Shown: positions 46,171-56,305, counted from the stretch's first letter. The stretch is DNA of 64,000 nt from Candidatus Nomurabacteria bacterium (GCA_026395955.1 JAPLXR010000006.1:87259-151258); one strand, 5' to 3'. The notes: generated from the letters alone by a model not told the origin. Program-made: numbers and translations.

Positions 46171-48582
46171 TTAATTTATACTAAAATTAAGATCTGAAAA
46201 GTCAGAAACTGACGGTGCGTTAGCATCAAACATAGTAATCTTATATTCATTTATTCCAGCAGAAAGACCAGCTAAGCTGGTAGTAAAACTACCCGTATTT
46301 GTTGTAACGAAATAAATAGAGTTACCACTCATTACATTCTCTATAAAGATCCCTATTGGTGCAGAAACAGGAATCAGTGAAGATGTCCAAGATATAGTGA
46401 TTGTTTGACCTACACTAAAATATTCTCCTCCATTTGGAAAATCAACATGTATAGCAGCACCCGCTGGTATTTGATAAACAAGACCACCATTACTGTACGA
46501 ATTAGTATTACCGAGGCTAGATTGATCTTCAACAACAAAATTCACTCCAAAAATGCCACCAATAATATAGTTACCATACTGCAAAGACGCTCCAGCGCTA
46601 ATAGTAGTAGAAAAATTTTGTGATTGACCTGGAGCAAGCGTAAATTGTTGGGTTGTATTTATGGTTATGGTTACTGCATTTGATCCTGCTGAAAGCCGAT
46701 TCAGTGTTATGGTCGAAGGAAGAGTAAAGGTTGATGTAGAGCATATTGAGCTATCTGTGTTAGTAATAGTCGCATTTACTACTAACGGACCGTTGCTTAA
46801 ATCAATAGAGGAAACAGGAAAACTTGGAATATTTAATGTCGGGTGTCCTGAACTACAAACAGCAAGGCTTGGATTAGGTGCACTAATAGAAACAACAGCG
46901 TGAATAGAATCTGTAGATATCGTGGTAATAGTGCGTCCTGTTGCTCGGTCAATATATGAGTGCCCTACAGTAAGTGGCGCATCATTTAAAGTATTTGTAT
47001 TTGGCATAGTGTCAATAAGATTATTATCATAACGTAAAGAAACACCATTCATCACTGGATCAGTTGAAGAGTATGTATCCCGAACACCGTAAGGTCTCCT
47101 GTACTCGAGTGTAAAATATGCACTATTACCTGTATTATCTTGTGTCGGGAAACGAAGTGCTTTTTGAAAAATTGCCTGAGGGTACAGGGGAAATTGTCCC
47201 CACTGAGTAGGACCAAGAGTAGTTATATCGGTCGGCAATATATTTCCAATTACACCTAATTTTAATTTTTCAAACACACTAAAAAGTAGTTTTGGATCCC
47301 ATCCATTACCCATGACTGAAAAAGGATCTCCATATTCTATGTGAGTACAATGCCCACCGTCAAAAAACGAATACGCTTCAGGCGCACCAGAAGCATCAAC
47401 ACAATTTTGTGAATTTGCATGCATTAGATCAAGTGAATGTCCCATTTCATGAATAATTGCTGAAGAACTAGTAGTGTATAAAACTGCACGAGGTCCGTAT
47501 GTACTTATTCCATAAAAACCACCAACAGGACAACTAACAGAAGGTGCAACGAGAACGACTACATCGTACCCATTCGGATCAAATCCATTTTGCATGGCCA
47601 TAGCTTCTGCTTCATTAGCCCAATTATTTTGAGATGTAGGATACGTACAACCAGCGCTGCCATGAGGCAAAGTATAATATCCATATACATCATTAGTACC
47701 ATCAACACTATTTTTGCCAACTAATTTTATCACTCCATAGGAAGCTGTCCTATAAAAACCAGCGATACTATTTATATTATTCGGTTCGTTGTCATACATA
47801 TATTCTCGTGCAGTACTTATCGGGTAAGCTGCAACAGCAGTACTTGCATTATCTTGGAAATTAAAAAGTATTGTGGCAATTTTATATTCTCCTGCATTTG
47901 CTCCAGTGGTTTGAAGACTTTTTTGTTGATTTGATTTAGCAGATGAAGCAAATATTTTATTCACTGAAAGTATTTTACCTTTCAGTGTTCCGATAATAAC
48001 AACTTGCTTACGGTTTAATGGATTTTCGTCAGTAAGTTGTTCTTTGTCAGAAGAAGTTAAATTTAAACTAGTGCCGTCTGATAGTAACAATTGAGCTACT
48101 GGTATTTCTTTACTGAGAGTTCCATTTTTGCCAAAAATGTCACCATGCGAAAGATTTAAAATACCGCTATATTCTTTTTCAGAATTTTTTGTTGATACAA
48201 TAGCCGAGGTTTTAGAATCAACTTTTTGCATAACTGCTTTTGTAGTGACTTCCGCTGTTTTTGTATTTGTCTTAGTAGTTGCATCTTTCGTCGCGGCAGT
48301 TAACGATTTTACTGCACCACTTGAAGCAGTAGTGCTCTTTGTAAGCATAGTAGTAGCTTTTGTATCTGTTGTTAAGGAAAGACCTTTGGTACCAGTCTGA
48401 CTGAGTAACTTCATAATTGTATCTTTTTGTTCTTGAGTTAGAGGCGTAGAAGTAGTACTCGTTACGCTGTTTACTACAGTTGCAGTATTATCTGTCGGTG
48501 GGACATTGAAACCGAGCTTTGCAACAATGATAACCAAGACAACGGCTCCGATAAATAGCCCAAACTGTAAATATTTTTTCAT
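46171..48582 (-). CDS. membrane-anchored zinc metalloprotease (M11/M6-like) with C-terminal Ig-like domains
   Basis: HEMGHSLDLMH zinc motif, EYGDPFSVMG Met-turn, LEYR; PNGGE..GQTITISW domain. Confidence 0.8.
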   Translation of the reverse strand: MKKYLQFGLFIGAVVLVIIVAKLGFNVPPTDNTATVVNSVTSTTSTPLTQEQKDTIMKLLSQTGTKGLSLTTDTKATTMLTKSTTASSGAVKSLTAATKDATTKTNTKTAEVTTKAVMQKVDSKTSAIVSTKNSEKEYSGILNLSHGDIFGKNGTLSKEIPVAQLLLSDGTSLNLTSSDKEQLTDENPLNRKQVVIIGTLKGKILSVNKIFASSAKSNQQKSLQTTGANAGEYKIATILFNFQDNASTAVAAYPISTAREYMYDNEPNNINSIAGFYRTASYGVIKLVGKNSVDGTNDVYGYYTLPHGSAGCTYPTSQNNWANEAEAMAMQNGFDPNGYDVVVLVAPSVSCPVGGFYGISTYGPRAVLYTTSSSAIIHEMGHSLDLMHANSQNCVDASGAPEAYSFFDGGHCTHIEYGDPFSVMGNGWDPKLLFSVFEKLKLGVIGNILPTDITTLGPTQWGQFPLYPQAIFQKALRFPTQDNTGNSAYFTLEYRRPYGVRDTYSSTDPVMNGVSLRYDNNLIDTMPNTNTLNDAPLTVGHSYIDRATGRTITTISTDSIHAVVSISAPNPSLAVCSSGHPTLNIPSFPVSSIDLSNGPLVVNATITNTDSSICSTSTFTLPSTITLNRLSAGSNAVTITINTTQQFTLAPGQSQNFSTTISAGASLQYGNYIIGGIFGVNFVVEDQSSLGNTNSYSNGGLVYQIPAGAAIHVDFPNGGEYFSVGQTITISWTSSLIPVSAPIGIFIENVMSGNSIYFVTTNTGSFTTSLAGLSAGINEYKITMFDANAPSVSDFSDLNFSIN

Positions 48583-48794
48583 GCGTTAATTTTACAATAT
48601 ATAAGCATTATCTACAAGTGATATATAGTGCACAAGGGTGTAGGGTAAAATCACTTCATCTTTTGCGCCCAATATGATAGATTAGGTATATACGGAATAA
48701 CGTTAGATTTTATTAGTTCAGTTCTAACGTTCTCTAGTACAGCGCACCAATTTTATTAGTTGCATTTTTTAGACTTTTATATTAAGATACACAT

Positions 48795-48959
48795 ATGTCA
48801 AACGATAGACTTTTTAGATTAAAATGCAGTACTTGCAAGAATGCCAATTATTACAGTACTAAAAACAAGAAACTCGTCACCAAAAAGATCGAGCTTTTAA
48901 AGTATTGCAAGACTTGTCAAAAGAAAACTAAACACAAAGAAGCAAAAATTACTGGATAA
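48795..48959 (+). CDS. rpmG: 50S ribosomal protein L33 (Zn-binding CxxC type)
   Basis: Manual translation MSNDRLFRLKCSTCKNANYYSTKNKK...IELLKYCKTCQKKTKHKE; precedes tRNA-Trp; absent from the ORF track. Confidence 0.93.
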   Translation: MSNDRLFRLKCSTCKNANYYSTKNKKLVTKKIELLKYCKTCQKKTKHKEAKITG

Positions 48960-48972
48960 ATATACAAATACT

Positions 48973-48997
48973 ACCGCCTTCGGGCGGTTTTATTTTT
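48973..48997 (+). terminator. rpmG terminator
   Basis: ACCGCC-ttcg-GGCGGT plus T-rich tail. Confidence 0.8.
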
Positions 48998-49151
48998 AAT
49001 TTTTTATTCTTATGCTACAATGGACGGAGCAGTACATGTGTACTGCTTGTTCTTTATTATATAGGTCAATCCGTAATGGGTTAGACCTTAGGGGGTACTT
49101 AAATTATTATTTTTTGTTTACCCCTGCTCCTCCGAATTTTTCGGAGGACGT

Positions 49152-49222
49152 GGGCGATTAGTTTAGTGGTAGAACGAAGGTCTCCAAAACCTTTGGTGGG
49201 GGTTCGATTCCCTCATCGCCCG
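49152..49222 (+). tRNA. tRNA-Trp(CCA)
   Basis: AAGGT-CT-CCA-AA-ACCTT, G73. Confidence 0.93.
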
Positions 49223-49290
49223 CAGTTAGTTTTATATTGAAAAATAAATTTATTTATGATAAAGTCTAATAGTTAGTCAGTTTTGTATTT

Positions 49291-49366
49291 GTCGGCGTAG
49301 CTCAGTTGGTAGAGCATAGCACTCATAAAGCTAAGGTCACAGGTTCAATCCCTGTCGCCGACACCA
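49291..49366 (+). tRNA. tRNA-Met(CAT), probably elongator
   Basis: CT-CAT-AA loop, paired 1-72, no triple G-C anticodon stem, encoded CCA; Ile2 not excluded. Confidence 0.85.
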
Positions 49367-49383
49367 TCCGGCTCGCCGGAAAT

Positions 49384-49531
49384 TAGTGTTTTATAAAAGA
49401 ATAGTTTATAGTTTTACATACGCGATCGTAGCTCAACTCAAATTAGAATATAGTGAGCACTCGCCTAGGCGGACGATAGTGTTTTATAAAAGAATAGTTT
49501 ATAGTTTTACATACGCGATCGTAGCTCAACT
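49384..49531 (+). repeat. 55-bp exact direct repeat (49384-49438 and 49477-49531) covering the upstream region and first 17 nt of tRNA-Asp
   Basis: TAGTGTTTTATAAAAGAATAGTTTATAGTTTTACATACGCGATCGTAGCTCAACT occurs twice. Confidence 0.92.
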
Positions 49532-49588
49532 GGTTAGAGCACCCGCCTGTCACGCGGGAGGTTGCCGGTTCAAATCCGGTCGATCGCG
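49515..49588 (+). tRNA. tRNA-Asp(GTC)
   Basis: CCCGC-CT-GTC-AC-GCGGG, G73. Confidence 0.95.
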
Positions 49589-49591
49589 CAA

Positions 49592-49629
49592 AATAAAAAT
49601 AGCTTGGCTTTGGCCAGGCTATTTTTATT
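49592..49629 (+). terminator. terminator after tRNA-Asp
   Basis: AATAAAAATAGCTTGGC-tttg-GCCAGGCTATTTTTATT. Confidence 0.75.
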
Positions 49630-49714
49630 GTTTGACTTATCTACCTAGTTTGCTAAGCTAAGGCTAGTAATGTACTTTGAAAAAAGTAATAAATAAACTC
49701 TTAAATTAATAGGT

Positions 49715-51097
49715 ATGTCAGTAAGAACTAAAAAGCAAAAAACATTTGTCTTAGACACAAATGTCATTCTTCGTGATTTTAAAAGCATCTTTAGCTTTAA
49801 AGAGCACGATATTGTTATTCACATTGCAGTAATTAAAGAATTAGAAAACTTTAAAAAGGGTAATGAAATGAAAAATGTAAATGCTAGAGAGTTTGCACGT
49901 TTTGCGAGCAAGCTTCCAGCAAAAGCATTCGACAAGGGTGCAATTCTTGGTAAGGGTTTGGGTAAAATAAGAATTGTTGTTCGTCAGGAATTTCATAAAG
50001 ATGTTGAAATTCTTTTTCCTGAAAAAACTGTCGATGACATTATCATTAATGCTGCTTATGTAGAAAACAAAGAAAAGAAAAATGCTAAAAGGGAAATAGT
50101 ATTAGTGTCTCAAGATATGTATATGTGCACTAAAGCGAAATCTTTAGGTATAAAAACTGAAGGTTACAAAACTGATTCTATTTCAGATGAAAGCATATTA
50201 ACAAAAGGTGTTCAAACTATTAAATTGAATGCTGAGCTTAGTACTATTCTTTTTTCTAAAGGCAAATTAGATTTTCTTACAGATCCTTTAATAAAAGGTA
50301 AAACTTTTTTTAAAAATGAGTTTCTTATATTGAAATTATCAAATAATAAGGAGGAATCTGGTACTCGTTTGGCTGTTTACAAAAAAGAAGAAGATAAAGA
50401 AGGAAAGGTTATTAAAAATGAAATTATCGCTTTTAATAAAAAAGAAGTAACTTCTTTTGGAATAGAACCAAAAAATTCAGAACAAGCTTTTGCTTTGTAT
50501 GCTTTGTTAGATCCAAGTGTTAAAATTGTTTCTATGAACGGAAAGGCTGGTTCTGGTAAAACATTTCTATCAATAGCTGCTGCTTTGGAAAAACATGAAG
50601 CTTATGATCATATTTTTTATACTCGACATGTTATTCCTGTTGGAGGTAAGGAAATAGGATTTTTGCCTGGTGATATATCCGATAAGGTAAATGTGTACAT
50701 GGAGGCATTGTATGATAATTTGGGTGTTATTAAAACAGTTTCAAAAAAACAAAATGCTATTAGTGTAATTGATAAATTGCAGAAAGATGAAAAAATAAAA
50801 ATTCAAGTGGTGAATTTTATGAGAGGTAGAACATTACCTAACAGATTTTTCATAATAGATGAAGCTCAAAATTTAACTCCTCAGGTTATAAAAACAATAA
50901 TTTCGAGAGCAGGTGAAGGTGCAAAATTTATTTTGATTGGAGATACTGATCAGATAGATGATCCTTATTTAGACAAGAAATCAAATGGTTTAAGTCATTT
51001 GATCGATAGATTTATGGGACAAGGCATTTATGCTCATATAAATTTTATAAAAGGAGAGCGTTCTGAGTTAGCAACTTTAGCTGGTAATCTATTGTAG
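49715..51097 (+). CDS. PIN-PhoH fusion protein (PhoH2/YlaK family)
   Basis: N-terminal PIN FVLDTNV..EL..K; C-terminal GKAGSGKT, FMRGRT, IDEAQNL, GD..QID. Confidence 0.92.
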   Translation: MSVRTKKQKTFVLDTNVILRDFKSIFSFKEHDIVIHIAVIKELENFKKGNEMKNVNAREFARFASKLPAKAFDKGAILGKGLGKIRIVVRQEFHKDVEILFPEKTVDDIIINAAYVENKEKKNAKREIVLVSQDMYMCTKAKSLGIKTEGYKTDSISDESILTKGVQTIKLNAELSTILFSKGKLDFLTDPLIKGKTFFKNEFLILKLSNNKEESGTRLAVYKKEEDKEGKVIKNEIIAFNKKEVTSFGIEPKNSEQAFALYALLDPSVKIVSMNGKAGSGKTFLSIAAALEKHEAYDHIFYTRHVIPVGGKEIGFLPGDISDKVNVYMEALYDNLGVIKTVSKKQNAISVIDKLQKDEKIKIQVVNFMRGRTLPNRFFIIDEAQNLTPQVIKTIISRAGEGAKFILIGDTDQIDDPYLDKKSNGLSHLIDRFMGQGIYAHINFIKGERSELATLAGNLL

Positions 51098-51104
51098 GTT
51101 AATC

Positions 51105-51138
51105 AACCCTAGATATACGTATGTATATCTAGGGTTTT
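51105..51138 (+). terminator. intrinsic terminator
   Basis: AACCCTAGATATAC-gtat-GTATATCTAGGGTT. Confidence 0.75.
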
Positions 51139-51332
51139 ATTTTTATCTAATAAAAACTTGACTTATATATTATAATATAGTAGACTGTAATTTCGTTCAT
51201 TGAAATATAAATAATTTGTCACCAGAAGAAAGGATTTTTTGAATTTTTTCTTCTGGTGGCGAAACTGGCATGGCGTCTTTATTTGCTACATCAGAGTAAA
51301 AACAAAAAAAATTTTTAAAAAATTAAAAAAGT

Positions 51333-51980
51333 ATGGAAGAAGTATTAGAAAAAAAAGTAGTAACAAAAAAAGACGAAACAATGGCAAAAAGAACCCAAAA
51401 AGGCTTTTCTGTAATAAGAAAGGTTATTTTAAAACCTAAAGTAGCTCTCAGAGCTATCGCTTTAGGTAAAACAAAAAAAGAAGCAGAAAAAGCTTTGATA
51501 AGGAGTCACATGCACCTGTGTGATAAAAATCATGAGAAATTCAAAAAAAGTATTTCTTGCGAATTTAAAATCAAACTGCGTGTAGGTTTTGAAATTTGGA
51601 AAGATAGTAAACCGATGCTAAATATCGTTCCGGAAAAACTGTTTACATATTGTTTTAAAAAATCAAAAAATAGAACAAAAATAAATGGTTGGGATTACAT
51701 TAAAGAAGTAAAAAGTAAAAATCCTGCGGGCATAGAAATACAGGAAGTACTTTTCAGAAATCCTTCTTTGATTGATGATCGATTCAAGACTAATGGTGAA
51801 GAAAAGGTAATTTTCTTATTGTTTCTTGGAACAACGTTAAAATCCAGACTTAATAAATGGATTCCGGCATTGTATTGCCATAACAGTGAAGTAAAGAAAT
51901 ATATATTCGATATCGAAGAAGCATTTGATTCCGAAGCCATTGCTGTTTTGATTGAAAGTAAAACAAATTTCAAAAAGTAA
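51333..51980 (+). CDS. hypothetical basic protein
   Basis: 215-aa ORF with its own TTGACT-N17-TAGACT promoter and a terminator at 51992-52018. Confidence 0.6.
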   Translation: MEEVLEKKVVTKKDETMAKRTQKGFSVIRKVILKPKVALRAIALGKTKKEAEKALIRSHMHLCDKNHEKFKKSISCEFKIKLRVGFEIWKDSKPMLNIVPEKLFTYCFKKSKNRTKINGWDYIKEVKSKNPAGIEIQEVLFRNPSLIDDRFKTNGEEKVIFLLFLGTTLKSRLNKWIPALYCHNSEVKKYIFDIEEAFDSEAIAVLIESKTNFKK

Positions 51981-52085
51981 TTTTTTGAAGTAAAGCCTCA
52001 CGAAAGTGAGGTTTTTTTATTGCCAAAATTTACTTGACTTGTCTGTATGTATTTAGTATAAATAACCAGGAAAAAAATTATTTAA

Positions 52086-53416
<1,331 letters not shown>

Positions 53417-53420
53417 AATG

Positions 53421-53453
53421 TGCCCTGCGATTATTATAATCGCAGGGCATTTT
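53421..53453 (+). terminator. purA terminator
   Basis: TGCCCTGCGATTA-tta-TAATCGCAGGGCA-TTTT. Confidence 0.8.
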
Positions 53454-53492
53454 ATTTTGAAATTTTTTGTAAATAGGTTAGTATTTTCGTAT

Positions 53493-53564
53493 GCCGTTGT
53501 AGCTTAGTGGTAAAGCACGATATTGGTAATATCGAGACCGTGGGTCCAATTCCCACCAACGGCT
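53493..53564 (+). tRNA. tRNA-Thr(GGT)
   Basis: CGATA-TT-GGT-AA-TATCG; T-loop reads TCCAATT. Confidence 0.9.
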
Positions 53565-53602
53565 CACTTTAAAATAAAATTTTATTTTGTTATACTGAAA
53601 AT

Positions 53603-54124
53603 ATGAATTACAATATACATCCGATTTTCGTGCATTTCCCAATAGCATTATTATTTATATATTCAATTATAAAAGTTCTTCCTGTTAAAAAATGGTTGCC
53701 GGATATTGCATGGGTTCAAATAGAAAGAGCTTTATTGTTTTTTGGTGTTGGTGGTGCTTTTCTTTCTTTAGGAACAGGGGATATGGGTGAGCATTTATAT
53801 AGATCAAAACGTCAATTAATAGAAATACATTCTACTTTTGCAGGTATAGCAACTTTTCTTTATGGAGCTCTTTTGTTTGGAGAAATTGTTTCTGTTTTAA
53901 ACAATTCTTATCAAAATATAATTTCAAAAATAAAATCTGAAAAAATAAAAGGTTTACTAATTAAATTGGAAGATGTTTTGTGTCATAAAAATTTTTCAAA
54001 AATATTAGCAATTTTAGGTTTTATTGCTATTTTTGTGACAGGTATTTTAGGTGGAGCTATTGTATATGGAACTACAGCTGATCCAATAGCTGGATTTATT
54101 TTAAATATTTTTGGTTTAAATTAA
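53603..54124 (+). CDS. DUF2231-like membrane protein
   Basis: HPIFVHFPIAL, TG, conserved His, TG.LGG.IVYG. Confidence 0.8.
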   Translation: MNYNIHPIFVHFPIALLFIYSIIKVLPVKKWLPDIAWVQIERALLFFGVGGAFLSLGTGDMGEHLYRSKRQLIEIHSTFAGIATFLYGALLFGEIVSVLNNSYQNIISKIKSEKIKGLLIKLEDVLCHKNFSKILAILGFIAIFVTGILGGAIVYGTTADPIAGFILNIFGLN

Positions 54125-54774
54125 TAAGTCACTCCAGGTATAACAAAAAATCCATAAAGCACTACAAAGAAATTTATTAGTGAATGACTAAGTATTATTA
54201 ATATTAAACTTGGATATTTCATATACATAATAGCGAATCCAAGCCCTCCTATAAATGCTAATGGAAGTCCGATGATTGTATTTGGAAATATAGAATGAAG
54301 GAACATAAAGATTAAAGCATTTATAGTTACTACTATCCAAGGTTTTGGTATAAGTTTACTTAAAGCAGGTATAAGGTATCCTCTGTATCCAACTTCTTGA
54401 AAAAGAGAAACTATGAAGAATCCATAAATAAAATGACTATGTGTCCACCATCTGGAAACTTCTTCTTGTCCTATTTTTTCTCCAAAGAAACTAACTAAAA
54501 CTATTGCTACTAAAGTAAATATGGTATAGGGAATAATATATTTTTTAATTCTATATTTACTAATACCGAGCATCAAGAAAGTCCATTTTTCAGCTGTGAG
54601 TACAACCATCAAAAGGCTGACGAGTATAACTAATAAATAGACTCTTTGAGATGGAGAAATAATTCCTAGATCAATAAATAATACTGGTAAAATAAAAACT
54701 ATTAGTATTTGGAATATCAATTCTCTTTTACTTGTTTTTATATTATCTACTATGTATTTGATTTGGTCGTTCAT
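54121..54774 (-). CDS. CPBP/Abi (CAAX) intramembrane metalloprotease
   Basis: QEVGYRG, F.FLH, HSLIN motifs. Confidence 0.85.
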   Translation of the reverse strand: MNDQIKYIVDNIKTSKRELIFQILIVFILPVLFIDLGIISPSQRVYLLVILVSLLMVVLTAEKWTFLMLGISKYRIKKYIIPYTIFTLVAIVLVSFFGEKIGQEEVSRWWTHSHFIYGFFIVSLFQEVGYRGYLIPALSKLIPKPWIVVTINALIFMFLHSIFPNTIIGLPLAFIGGLGFAIMYMKYPSLILIILSHSLINFFVVLYGFFVIPGVTY

Positions 54775-54800
54775 AATGATATATTAACATAATATAGTTA

Positions 54801-54871
54801 GCCGATATAGTTCAGTGGTAGAACACTGCTTTCGTAAAGCAGTAACGTGGGTCCGATTCCCGCTCTCGGCT
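54801..54871 (+). tRNA. tRNA-Thr(CGT)
   Basis: CTGCT-TT-CGT-AA-AGCAG; T-loop reads TCCGATT; one acceptor-stem mismatch. Confidence 0.88.
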
Positions 54872-54892
54872 CTAAAATGATAGAATATTTAT

Positions 54893-55780
54893 ATGTTAGA
54901 AGATACAAATCAAATCGAAAATAAAATAAAAGAATTAGAAGAAAAAATGATTCTTCCAGATTTTTGGTCTGACAAATTGAATGCTCAAGCTACCTTAAAA
55001 GAACTTGCAGAATTGAAAGATAAAAAAGAAGGCCTCGGCAAGTATGATAAGGGTTCTGCAATTATAAGTATTTTTTCTGGAGCAGGTGGAGATGATGCAG
55101 AAGATTTTTCAAAAATTCTTTTTGAAATGTATATGAATTATGCAAAACATGCTAATTTTGATGTCTCATTTATTGATGAGCATCAAAATGATCATGGTGG
55201 ATATCGTAATGTTTCTTTTGAAATATCTGGGAAGGGTGCCTATGGAAAATTAAAAAATGAATCAGGTGTTCATCGCCTCGTAAGAATTTCACCTTTTAAT
55301 GCAAAAAAAATGCGTCACACTTCTTTTTCTCTCGTAGAAGTTTTACCAAAGTTTTCAAAAATGGATGAAAAAGATTTTTTTATTCCTGATTCAGATTTGA
55401 AAATAGAATTTTCTCGTGCAGGTGGTCCGGGTGGACAAAATGTAAACAAAAGAGAAACAGCAGTGAGGATAGTTCATGTTCCTACAGGATTATCAACGCA
55501 TGCAAATGGTGAACGAACTCAAGAAGCAAATCGTGAAAGGGCGATGAGTATCCTCCGTGCAAAGATTTTTAAAAAAGCAGAAGAAGAAAAGAAAACTTTT
55601 GAAGAAAGTATGAAGATTTCTAAAGGTACTGAAATAGAATGGGGAAGTCAGATTCGTTCATATGTCTTCCATCCATATAAAATGGTCAAAGACCATCGTA
55701 CAGGAGCAGAGACCTCAAACGTAGATGCAGTTTTAGAAGGTTATTTAGATTTATTTATAGAAGCTGAGAAGAATCTATAA
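54893..55780 (+). CDS. prfB: peptide chain release factor 2 (shortened)
   Basis: GVHRLVRISPF (SPF), RHTSF, GGQNVN, WGSQIRSY. Confidence 0.95.
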   Translation: MLEDTNQIENKIKELEEKMILPDFWSDKLNAQATLKELAELKDKKEGLGKYDKGSAIISIFSGAGGDDAEDFSKILFEMYMNYAKHANFDVSFIDEHQNDHGGYRNVSFEISGKGAYGKLKNESGVHRLVRISPFNAKKMRHTSFSLVEVLPKFSKMDEKDFFIPDSDLKIEFSRAGGPGGQNVNKRETAVRIVHVPTGLSTHANGERTQEANRERAMSILRAKIFKKAEEEKKTFEESMKISKGTEIEWGSQIRSYVFHPYKMVKDHRTGAETSNVDAVLEGYLDLFIEAEKNL

Positions 55781-55846
55781 CCTTTACTTGTATATGTTTT
55801 AATGGTAGAGTAATAAAAATAAGTTTTACATTTAAAAATAAAGTAA

Positions 55847-56230
55847 ATGGAATCAAAATATAGTGATAATTCAATTATCATATCAGGAAAGTATAAATTT
55901 ACACTTGTTAAAAATCTTCCAGTAAAATATTTATTAAATATTTATAATTCAAACAATCGTAACGATAAACAATTGTTTGAATATGTAAAAGAAAATATTG
56001 ATAAAATTAAAGCTAGGTCGAGTGGTAAAAAAACTGTTGAAATAAAATGTGATAAGATCGCTTATGTTTCTCGAAAAGAAGCTAGATTTCATTTAAAAAG
56101 AATAAGAGAAACAGGAGAACAAGAACATAAAAAACCAATACGTTCATATGAGTGTGATAAATGCAGTGCTTGGCATTTAACGTCAATGCCGTATGAAGTT
56201 TGGAAAGAATTAGAAAAAACAAAACCATGA
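55847..56230 (+). CDS. hypothetical protein with a putative C-terminal zinc finger
   Basis: GKYK..L..LP..YL N-terminus; C.K..Y...EA...R.Y.C..C..WHLTS. Confidence 0.65.
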   Translation: MESKYSDNSIIISGKYKFTLVKNLPVKYLLNIYNSNNRNDKQLFEYVKENIDKIKARSSGKKTVEIKCDKIAYVSRKEARFHLKRIRETGEQEHKKPIRSYECDKCSAWHLTSMPYEVWKELEKTKP

Positions 56231-56305
56231 TATGTAATGTATTATGGTTTTTTTATGCTTGTCTAATTTTTTTGTTTTCTGATATAATAGGATGTATATT
56301 TGATT

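Noticed and set aside
48699-48731. Inverted repeat AACGTTAGA...TCTAACGTT as an integron attC site
   Set aside because: Core and inverse-core sites are in the wrong order, the spacing is too short and there is no integrase; could be an operator but unsupported.
45866-48790. Prophage or integrative element at tRNA-Tyr
   Set aside because: No integrase, phage genes or duplicated tRNA 3' end seen.
49152-49222. Alternative genetic code (UGA=Gly) as in Gracilibacteria
   Set aside because: RF2 is present, TGA ends genes (msrB, 56230) and ORFs are intact in code 11.
49384-49531. Direct repeat as a CRISPR array
   Set aside because: Only two 55-bp copies, the second overlapping tRNA-Asp; no cas genes.
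54775-54805. dif-like TTATGTTAA on the minus strand
   Set aside because: No XerC arm; explained as the extended -10 promoter of the CPBP gene.
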